DNA from: Vulcanimicrobiota bacterium
GTDB taxonomy: Bacteria > Vulcanimicrobiota > Vulcanimicrobiia > Vulcanimicrobiales > Vulcanimicrobiaceae
DNA: 18,967 nt
Direction: 5' to 3'
NCBI GenBank assembly: GCA_003133025.1
Contig: PKZK01000056.1
Location: 14,428 to 33,394 of the forward strand
Part shown: positions 1 to 6,767 of the stretch, in pieces
Position numbering within the stretch: the stretch's first letter is position 1
How the letters are laid out: each line of letters opens with the position of its first letter
Program-made: the position numbers and the translations under genes
The notes under the pieces: model-generated
The model's database searches: none
What the model was told of the DNA's origin: nothing
What the model saw: only the letters and a program-made list of their open reading frames with translations

Positions 1-1021
1 GTTGGCCGGCTAATTGCGGCGGCGCAACGTGATCGTACCAAAATCCCCATTCCGACCAGACCACGAAGATCGCGGTATTCGGCCAGAACTTACTCTCGCC
101 GATGGCGTTCACGAGCGACGCCACCCAGCGCGGGCCTTGCGCGGCGCCACGCACGTGATCGGAGTCGGAGAGGTTCGGCGTGATCCACGTGACGTCGGCG
201 AGATTGCCCTCTTGTACGTCGGAAATGAAGTCGGCGTTCGAGCGGACGTTACTCCAATCCGGTCCGTATCGAACCGGGTCGATCGCATCGAAAGCAGACC
301 ACTCAAAACCGACGTCGGTCTCAGGGGCGGAGTAGTATCTCCACGAGACCTGGTTTGCGTCGAATTCGCCGGCGAGGGTGGGATAGAAAAAGCATGGTGC
401 TACCGACGACAGGGGCGAGATGCGAGCGACGGTCTCGGTAGGAGCATCGCAACCCCACGCCTCATTACCTCCCTGCCCATCGACCGGATTTCCAAGCGTC
501 AGACCGTCTTGGCCACCGCTGATGAGGATCTGATGATCCTCAAAATTACCGTCCCAGGTCGATGAAAACATCCTGTCGGCAAGGACGTACTGCCGCGCGA
601 TTGAGAAATAGGGCCGCGTCTCCTGCGCCGGCACGTATGAGTAAGTCAAAAGGGGCGTGGGTCGCTGTTTATAGATGTCGCTGCCGCATCGCGAACCCTG
701 CTTGTCAAAACCGTCCATCTTTCCGCCATCGTATGAGAGCAAGAAGGCGGTGTAATCGTAATCGGGCGTTACGATGCACTTTGAGACGAAGCCTCGGGGC
801 TGAAGATTCACCTTCTCCCCCTTCGAATCGTAGCCGTACGGCTGCGTGTCGGCGCCGGGGAAGCCCTGGAAGAGATTATCGAAGCTGCGAGCTTCTTGCA
901 CGATGATGACCACGTGCTGAATATTCCGAAATGAAGCAGCAGCCGGCGCCGGTACCGCGGCGAGCATCCCCGCGAATGTACCAAGCGTAAGACCGACAGG
1001 AAGAGTCCGCAAAGCTCGCAC
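1..1021 (-). CDS. Secreted phosphoesterase (phospholipase C/acid phosphatase AcpA family), 3' end beyond window; catalytic motifs degenerate
   Basis: Manual translation gives an open frame from GTG 1021 (or TTG 1012, 8 nt after AAGGAG) to the window edge. It reads MRALRTLPVGLTLGTFAGMLAAVPAPAAA (signal-peptide-like), NIQHVVIIVQEARSFDNLFQGFPGAD, GGKMDGF, YVLADRMFSS, VSWRYY, SDH, FWPNTAIFVVWSEWGFWYDHVAPP. Absent from the ORF track because the stop lies outside the window. Confidence 0.9.
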   Translation of the reverse strand, partial: MRALRTLPVGLTLGTFAGMLAAVPAPAAASFRNIQHVVIIVQEARSFDNLFQGFPGADTQPYGYDSKGEKVNLQPRGFVSKCIVTPDYDYTAFLLSYDGGKMDGFDKQGSRCGSDIYKQRPTPLLTYSYVPAQETRPYFSIARQYVLADRMFSSTWDGNFEDHQILISGGQDGLTLGNPVDGQGGNEAWGCDAPTETVARISPLSSVAPCFFYPTLAGEFDANQVSWRYYSAPETDVGFEWSAFDAIDPVRYGPDWSNVRSNADFISDVQEGNLADVTWITPNLSDSDHVRGAAQGPRWVASLVNAIGESKFWPNTAIFVVWSEWGFWYDHVAPPQLAGQ

Positions 1022-1045
1022 TCCTTGGCTGCACCGGGTTAGTGA

Positions 1046-1070
1046 GCGGCCTATCTGCAGTATAGGCCGC
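1046..1070. promoter_or_regulatory. Near-perfect palindrome overlapping a putative -10 box (TATACT, minus strand 1064-1059) in the divergent intergenic region
   Basis: GCGGCCTAT-CTGCAGT-ATAGGCCGC: 9-bp perfect arms around a core that contains the palindrome CTGCAG. Confidence 0.45.
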
Positions 1071-1277
1071 CGAGGGTCGGTTCGCTCCTTAATGTTAGAT
1101 GAGAAGGCAACCTCGGCCAGCCCCTCGCACGGGCGTCAGCGTGCAGAAGCCTACGCGTCTCACGCTCCGCTCGGCTTCATCCGCGCATGCCGGCGCAGCA
1201 GCAGGATCGCGGCACTGTCGGGTTGCCCGTTTTGTGTGCGGCAAGGCCCTGTCGGGCTCGCTCGGAACAACGGCACG

Positions 1278-2687
1278 GTGAACCAGGCTGAGATCGTCGA
1301 GGAACTGCGCGGGATCGCCGGCGCACGGCACGTGTTGACCGCCGAGGAAGACCTGCTCGCATACGGCTACGATGGAACCTGGTACGAGAGCCGGCCGCTG
1401 GCCGTCGTGCTGCCCGGTACCCCCGATGAGGTCTCCGCGATACACCGGCTGGCGACCCGCGAGCGCATTGCGATCACGCCGCGTGCCATGGGCAGCGGGC
1501 TCTCCGGGGGCGCCGTTCCGCTCGAGAACAGCCTGGTTCTCGGCGTCATGCGCATGAACCGGATTCTCGAGATCGACGAGGTCAATCGCGTAGCGGTCGT
1601 GCAGGCCGGCGTCATCAATGCGGACCTGCAGCGCGAGGTCGAAGCGCGTGGGCTCTTCTATCCGCCCGATCCCTCGAGCCTCAAACAGTCGGCGATCGGC
1701 GGCAACGTGGCGGAAAACGCGGGCGGCGCGCGCTGCCTGAAGTACGGCGTCACCGGCGACTACGTCGCAGCGTTGCAAGTCGTGCTGCCGGGCGGCGAGA
1801 TCATTCGCACCGGCGGTAAGATGGTCAAGAACGTAACCGGTTACGATCTGCGCCGGCTCTTCACGGGCGCTGAAGGCACGCTCGGCACGATCACCGAGAT
1901 CACGTTGCGCCTCTTGCCCAAGCCGAAGTTCACGCGTACCGCGACCGCCGCGTTTTCCACCCTCGAGGATGCGGCCGGCACCGTCACCGCGATCGTCGCA
2001 GCCGGCCTCGGACCCACTTCGATCGAGCTGATGGATGCGCTGACGATTCGCTGCGTGGAGGATCACTCACCCAGCGGTTTGCCGCTCGATGCCGACGCGC
2101 TGCTGCTCTTCGCCGTCGACGGCGATGACGAGGGGCTCGTCGAACGCGAGCAGAGCGCGATCGTAGCACTGGCAAGGAGTCGCGGCGCTTTCCGCGTGCA
2201 GAGTGCCGCGACGCAAGCCGAAAGCGACCGGCTCTGGGCTGCCCGCCGTTCGATCTCGCCCGCGCTCGCGCGCCGGCGGCCGCATAAACTCGGCGAAGAC
2301 GTCTCCGTGCCGCGGAGCGCGATCGTGCCGATGGTTCGCGCGGTGCGCGAGATCGCCGAACGCAACGATCTGCTGATCCCGATCTTCGGACACGCCGGCG
2401 ACGGCAATCTCCACCCCAACATCCTCTGCGACCGGCGCGACCCCGAAGAGATGGCCCGCGTGCTCGTCGGCGCGCGAGAGATCTTCGAAGCCGCCGTGGC
2501 GCTGGGCGGGACGCTCTCGGGCGAACACGGCATCGGTCTGCTCAAAAAGCAGTTCATGGAACTCGCGCTCGGCGCGGATGCGCTTGCGTTGATGCGCGCG
2601 GTGAAGAACGCGATCGATCCGCTGGGCATCATGAACCCGGGCAAGATGTTCCCGGAGCCCGGCGGCATCGAAGCCTTCAAGCTCTAG
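1278..2687 (+). CDS. glcD: FAD-linked oxidase, glycolate/D-lactate dehydrogenase subunit GlcD-like
   Basis: PRAMGSGLSGGA, YPPDPSS, IGGNVAENAGG, KYGVT, GYDL..LFTGAEGTLG, GHAGDGNLHP, SGEHGIG, DPLGIMNPGK. Family similarity begins at GTG 1278 (MNQAEIVEEL), not at the ORF-track start 1092. Confidence 0.88.
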   Translation: MNQAEIVEELRGIAGARHVLTAEEDLLAYGYDGTWYESRPLAVVLPGTPDEVSAIHRLATRERIAITPRAMGSGLSGGAVPLENSLVLGVMRMNRILEIDEVNRVAVVQAGVINADLQREVEARGLFYPPDPSSLKQSAIGGNVAENAGGARCLKYGVTGDYVAALQVVLPGGEIIRTGGKMVKNVTGYDLRRLFTGAEGTLGTITEITLRLLPKPKFTRTATAAFSTLEDAAGTVTAIVAAGLGPTSIELMDALTIRCVEDHSPSGLPLDADALLLFAVDGDDEGLVEREQSAIVALARSRGAFRVQSAATQAESDRLWAARRSISPALARRRPHKLGEDVSVPRSAIVPMVRAVREIAERNDLLIPIFGHAGDGNLHPNILCDRRDPEEMARVLVGAREIFEAAVALGGTLSGEHGIGLLKKQFMELALGADALALMRAVKNAIDPLGIMNPGKMFPEPGGIEAFKL

Positions 2688-2743
2688 CCCCAGCCGCCGA
2701 GGCCGGGAATCATCGGCTTTCCGGACAACTCCAAGACGAAGAG

Positions 2744-4099
2744 ATGACGACCGAACCGGCACACCGCGGCTTTAGCGCGCCCGACCTCCCGCCCGCGAGC
2801 GTCTACGATCAATGCGTTCGCTGCGGCCTCTGCTTGCCGACGTGTCCCACGTACGTCGAGACGCTCGTCGAGACGTCGAGCCCGCGCGGCCGGATCGCGC
2901 TGATCAAGGCGGTGGACGAAGGCCGCCTCGATCTGACCAGTCCGGGCTTCATGCACCAGATGAGCGAGTGTCTGGATTGCCGCGCCTGTGAGGCCGTCTG
3001 CCCTTCGGGCGTCGCGTACGGCCAACTGCTCGAACCGGCCCGCGCGCAAGTCGAACGCGTGCACGCTGCCAACCGCCCCGAGGGCGAGCGCATCATGCGC
3101 GGCATCGCGCTCGAGCGCCTGTTTTCGAACATGGGTTTCATGCGATTCGCGGCAACGTTGCTACGCTTCTATCAGCGCAGCGGGGTGCGTGCGATGGTGC
3201 GCCGCAGCGGGCTCTTGTCGCGCTTCGGACTCGAACGCCTCGAAGGCCTCGCGCCCGACGTGTCCGACCACTTCTTCGTTCCCGACGGCGGCCGTAAACC
3301 CGCACTCGGCGAACGCAAGGCGACCGCCTTCATGCATGCGGGCTGCGTCATGTCGGTGGCCTTCGCGCAGGTCGACGAGGCCACGGTGCGCATGCTGCAA
3401 CGCGCGGGATGCGACGTCGTCACGCCTTCGGGCCAAGGCTGCTGCGGCGCGATCGCCGTGCACGCGGGCGAACTCGATCTCGGACGGCAACTCGCCAAAC
3501 GGAATATCGTCGCCTTCGAACGCTCGGGCGCGGACTACTACGTCATCAACGCCGCCGGTTGCGGATCCTCGTTGAAAGAATACGGACATCTCTTCGTCGA
3601 CGATCCGGCCTGGCACGAGCGCGCGATCGCGTTTTCGAGCAAGGTTCGCGACGCGACCGAACTCCTCGACGCGCTGGGACTACCGCCGGAGATTGGGCGG
3701 ATCGATGCGGTGGTCGCCTATCAAGACGCCTGCCATCTGTTGCACGCGCAACGCATTTCGGCGCCGCCGCGGCGTCTGTTGGCGCTGATTCCCGGCCTCG
3801 TCGTGCGCGAGTTCGGTGAAGCGGCTATCTGCTGCGGCAGCGCCGGCATCTACAACGTGACGCAACCCGAGATGTCGGACCGGCTCAAGAAACGCAAGGT
3901 CGAGCATATTCTCGCCGTCGCGCCCGACATCGTCGCTACGGCTAACCCGGGCTGCGCGCTGCAGGTCGCTGCGGGATTACGGGACGCGGGAAAAGCGGTC
4001 GCCGTCAAACACGTCGTCGAGCTGCTCGACGACGCCTACGCCAATTACAGTCCGACGAGCCGGGCATCGTCGCCTAGCGCTGCGTCGATGTTGGGATAA
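2744..4099 (+). CDS. glcF: Glycolate oxidase iron-sulfur subunit GlcF-like (2x[4Fe-4S] + CCG domains)
   Basis: CVRCGLCLPTCP, SPRGRI, CLDCRACEAVCPSGV, GCCGA, AAGCGS, YQDACHL, CCGSAGIYN, TANPGC; follows glcD. Confidence 0.88.
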   Translation: MTTEPAHRGFSAPDLPPASVYDQCVRCGLCLPTCPTYVETLVETSSPRGRIALIKAVDEGRLDLTSPGFMHQMSECLDCRACEAVCPSGVAYGQLLEPARAQVERVHAANRPEGERIMRGIALERLFSNMGFMRFAATLLRFYQRSGVRAMVRRSGLLSRFGLERLEGLAPDVSDHFFVPDGGRKPALGERKATAFMHAGCVMSVAFAQVDEATVRMLQRAGCDVVTPSGQGCCGAIAVHAGELDLGRQLAKRNIVAFERSGADYYVINAAGCGSSLKEYGHLFVDDPAWHERAIAFSSKVRDATELLDALGLPPEIGRIDAVVAYQDACHLLHAQRISAPPRRLLALIPGLVVREFGEAAICCGSAGIYNVTQPEMSDRLKKRKVEHILAVAPDIVATANPGCALQVAAGLRDAGKAVAVKHVVELLDDAYANYSPTSRASSPSAASMLG

Positions 4100-4416
4100 A
4101 CCTGGAAGACGTCGAGCAGGCCGGTGATGCGCAGCAGGCGCAGGATCTGGCCTTCTTGGGCTACGAGCCGCACGCTGCCGTCCGACTCGCTCGCTCGCTT
4201 GTGCGCGCCGATCAGTGCGCCGAGCCCGGTCGAGTCGAGGAAATCGAGTTGGGAAAGATCGACGACCAGCAGGTGTCCGGCATGATCGGCAGCCTCCAAC
4301 AGGGCCGCCCGCAACGTCGGCGAGGTCGCGATGTCCAAGCTGCCGTGCAGCGCGAAGATCTGCGTCTTGCCCTCGTTGGTGCTGGTTACGTCGATTCCAA
4401 GGGTGTCGTGAGCCAT
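4045..4416 (-). CDS. STAS-domain anti-sigma factor antagonist (RsbV/SpoIIAA-like)
   Basis: MAHDTLGIDV..LHGSLDIATSPTLR..VVDLSQLDFLDSTGLGAL..LLRITGL with the conserved phospho-acceptor Ser. ATG 4416 overlaps the upstream stop (TGATG). Confidence 0.9.
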   Translation of the reverse strand: MAHDTLGIDVTSTNEGKTQIFALHGSLDIATSPTLRAALLEAADHAGHLLVVDLSQLDFLDSTGLGALIGAHKRASESDGSVRLVAQEGQILRLLRITGLLDVFQVYPNIDAALGDDARLVGL

Positions 4417-4757
4417 CAACCCTGGTATTCGCGCCACTCGGCTACCGTCCCGTCGCGAAAGGCGACGAACGCGCATCCGGGCTTCTCGCGCCAGCTTCCC
4501 TCGGAATCGGCGACGGCAAAGCGGTAGCGAACCGCCGCTCGCTCGCCCTCGACGATCACCTCGTCGACCTCGAAGCGCCATTGGGGTCCGTCGCGAAAGA
4601 AGCGCGTGAAGTGGGCGACGATCGCATCGCGGCCTTCGATGGGCTCGTGCCGCGTCTCACGGTACGTCGCGTCGGGCGCGAAATGCGCCGCCGAGCGCAG
4701 TGCGTCCCCGGCGCGCCAGGCCTCAAACAGACTTTCCAGCACTTCACGCGGCTTCAT
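4416..4757 (-). CDS. SnoaL-like / NTF2-family protein
   Basis: MKPREVLESLFEAWRAGD..HFAPDATY..PIEGRDAI..VIVEGERAAVRY..FRDGTVAEWREY is a typical SnoaL_2 pattern. The ORF-track upstream extension runs through the tRNA and is spurious. Confidence 0.85.
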   Translation of the reverse strand: MKPREVLESLFEAWRAGDALRSAAHFAPDATYRETRHEPIEGRDAIVAHFTRFFRDGPQWRFEVDEVIVEGERAAVRYRFAVADSEGSWREKPGCAFVAFRDGTVAEWREYQG

Positions 4758-4773
4758 ACGCGCGCGGAAGGCG

Positions 4774-4848
4774 TGGCTGGGGCGGCTGGATTCGAACCAA
4801 CGAATGGAGGATTCAAAGTCCCCTGCCTTACCACTTGGCGACGCCCCA
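4774..4848 (-). tRNA. tRNA-Gln (anticodon UUG), CCA encoded
   Basis: Reverse complement TGGGGCGTCGCCAAGTGGTAAGGCAGGGGACTTTGAATCCTCCATTCGTTGGTTCGAATCCAGCCGCCCCAGCCA folds as a cloverleaf: U1-A72 acceptor pair, anticodon loop CTTTGAA, TTCGAAT T-loop. Confidence 0.97.
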
Positions 4849-4964
4849 CTGTGTCCTGCGAGCCCCCGTATACCGAGTGGAGAACGGCAACCCCTCGTTC
4901 GGAGGGCGGCATCACTCGTGGGCCGCTCGGCCAAGCGCGATTTTCGCGCCGTCGCGCGGGTAGG

Positions 4965-5171
4965 CACGATTTCGACCAGGAGTACCTGCAGGCGCAGATC
5001 GCCGGACATCTCGCCGCGCTCGCCGATTTTCGAGCCGAAGCGGACAACGGGACCGATGCGCGAGTCAAGGCCCTCGCGCAGCATTGGCTGCCCACGATTC
5101 AGTCGCACCTGGAGTTGGCGGTCAGCTTAACGAGCCACGTGGGCGGAGCCTCGCCCTTCAAGTCGCACTGA
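4965..5171 (+). pseudogene. C-terminal fragment of a DUF4142 (ferritin-like four-helix) protein, no in-frame start
   Basis: HDFDQEYLQAQIAGHLAALADFRAEADNGTDARVKALAQHWLPTIQSHLELA matches the second half of DUF4142 proteins as I recall them. The upstream frame has no plausible start and runs into the tRNA. Confidence 0.65.
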
Positions 5172-5183
5172 CCGCCTTCGACC

Positions 5184-5897
5184 TCAACTCACCGCGCGGC
5201 CGGCGGCCGCAAGCCAATCGAACGTGCGCACGATGCCTTCGCGAAGCCCGGTGCGCGGCTCCCAGCCTAAGCTTTCGCGCGCGATCGTAACGTCCGGCAG
5301 CGCGCGAACGGCCTCGCGCCACTGCAAGTTCTGCTGCGTGAAGCGCAATTGCACGCCCGCTAGGCGCGCGATCAGCTCACCGACCTCGCGCAACGGCATG
5401 CGTTCCGGATGCGCGAGATCGACGCTCGCGCCGCATGCGTCGGGGCTCGCAGCCAATCTCACGATGCCCTCGACGGCATCGTCGACGTAGAGAAACCCTC
5501 GCGCCTGCTCGCCGTCGACCCGGATGCTCAGTGCTTCGCCGGCAAGCGTCTCCCGGATCAGCAAGGGAATGAGGCCGCCGTCGCTCGGCCGCATGCGCGG
5601 GCCGTAGGTCTCGAATACCCTGGCCACGCGCGTGTCGAGCGGTCCGGCGTGGATCTTGACGGCGGATGCATCGGGCGCGACCTCGATGCGCAAATCCGCT
5701 CGCGACGCACTCAAGGCCGTGCGGGCCGGGTCGGCCGGCTCGAAGCGGAAGTCGGGTTGATTCAAGACGTGGGCGAGGTTGGTCAGCGCGCCGGTGCGCA
5801 AGTCATCGACGGCCGTGACGTGATGTCCGTCGGCGAGATACCGATCGACCAAATGGGAACCCAAGAAGCCGGCCCCGCCCCAGATCGTGACGTTCAT
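5184..5897 (-). CDS. NAD-dependent epimerase/dehydratase family (UDP-glucuronate decarboxylase-like), internally deleted, lacks YxxxK
   Basis: MNVTIWGGAGFLGSHLVD..VDDLRTG..NLAH, then RVARVFETYGPRM..DG, GEQARGFLYVDDAVEGI, PDVTIARESLGWEP. 237 aa; GGAGAG lies upstream of ATG 5897. Confidence 0.8.
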   Translation of the reverse strand: MNVTIWGGAGFLGSHLVDRYLADGHHVTAVDDLRTGALTNLAHVLNQPDFRFEPADPARTALSASRADLRIEVAPDASAVKIHAGPLDTRVARVFETYGPRMRPSDGGLIPLLIRETLAGEALSIRVDGEQARGFLYVDDAVEGIVRLAASPDACGASVDLAHPERMPLREVGELIARLAGVQLRFTQQNLQWREAVRALPDVTIARESLGWEPRTGLREGIVRTFDWLAAAGRAVS

Positions 5898-6045
5898 TGG
5901 CGAAAAGCTCTCCGTTTGTGACAAGTGTTCCGCACGTTGCACTGTGGGGCTCGGGCCAGACGTCTCGGTGGGGCTATACGCCGAGATGCCGCGGACTCAC
6001 TTCGCTTTGCCCCGCGCAGGGGCATTCAAAACGGCGGCGTCCGGG

Positions 6046-6444
6046 TCAGGTCTGTTGATTGAGTCGGGAGTCGAAAAGCATGCGCACGCGCGTCCCTTCG
6101 CGGGCGTCGATCGTCACGCTGCGGGCGATCTGACGCACGATGCCCAGGCCGAAGCCGCGACCGCTGACCCGCTCCCGTTCGATGAACCGTCCGCTATCGC
6201 TGATGTCGACGGCTAACATGCCGTCGATCCCCCGAGCGACCAGTTCGACCTGGCTCCAACCCTCCGCTCCGGCGCCGTGCTCGACGGCGTTGGCCAGCAC
6301 CTCACCACTCGCCAACAGCACGTCTTCGACGAACTCATCGTCGAGCCTGAAGACTCGAAGAAATTCCTCGAGGGCATGCCGGAGCGAACGCACGCGGGAT
6401 GCGTCGGTCGCACATGAAATCCGGAGTTCCGACTTTCCGATCAC
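6046..6444 (-). CDS. Anti-sigma factor / Ser kinase, RsbW-like HATPase
   Basis: VLLASGEVLANAVEHG (N box), ISDSG (G1), GRGFGLGIV (G2), GTRVRM; GTGA overlap with the upstream STAS gene. Confidence 0.88.
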   Translation of the reverse strand: MIGKSELRISCATDASRVRSLRHALEEFLRVFRLDDEFVEDVLLASGEVLANAVEHGAGAEGWSQVELVARGIDGMLAVDISDSGRFIERERVSGRGFGLGIVRQIARSVTIDAREGTRVRMLFDSRLNQQT

Positions 6445-6767
6445 GCCGTCTTACCACTGAGAAAGGTCAGCGCCGCGGCGCGGCTGTCGAAGATCGCAAA
6501 GGCATCGCCGAGCCCCGCGTATTGGAGTAGCCGCGCAAACTGGCGATTGCCGATGACGACGGCCACGGGCACGCCCGCAGCGGCCGCCTCGGCGTGAAAG
6601 CGCACGAGTTCGGCAACGGCCGTCGAGTCGGCGTAGGTCACCTCGCTGAAATCGATCAGGAACGCCTTCTCACCGCCGCCCACATGTAGGGCCGCCCGGA
6701 TCTCGGCCCGACGGCCGATTTCGAGTTCGCCCGAAAGCTTGATCACGGATATGGATTGGGCGCTCAC
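6441..6767 (-). CDS. STAS-domain anti-sigma factor antagonist
   Basis: VIKLSGELEI..LIDFSEVTYADSTAV..LLQYAGL; GTGA overlaps with both neighbours. Confidence 0.88.
   Translation of the reverse strand: MSAQSISVIKLSGELEIGRRAEIRAALHVGGGEKAFLIDFSEVTYADSTAVAELVRFHAEAAAAGVPVAVVIGNRQFARLLQYAGLGDAFAIFDSRAAALTFLSGKTA

Noticed and set aside
14..906. ORF-track plus-strand ORFs 14..565 and 562..906
   Set aside because: They are antisense shadows of the minus-strand phosphoesterase, which carries clear family motifs.
1092..1277. 62-aa N-terminal extension of GlcD containing a CPFC motif
   Set aside because: The composition looks non-coding and family similarity starts at GTG 1278; the CxxC is probably chance.
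2687..2695. GCCCCAGCC matching the tRNA-Gln 3' end as a possible att site
   Set aside because: Only 9 nt, inverted relative to the tRNA, GC-rich, and no integrase is present in the window.
4867..4890. TTGCCG...TATACG as the tRNA promoter (minus strand)
   Set aside because: The spacer is only 12 nt, which does not fit a sigma70-type promoter.
4215..5171. 318-aa ORF spanning the tRNA, and the 230-aa extended SnoaL ORF
   Set aside because: Both run through the tRNA. Only 4965-5171 (+) and 4416-4757 (-) look protein-like.
5917..5934. TGTGA half-sites (also near 8406 and 10376) as CRP/FNR boxes
   Set aside because: No matching TCACA half-site at N6 spacing.
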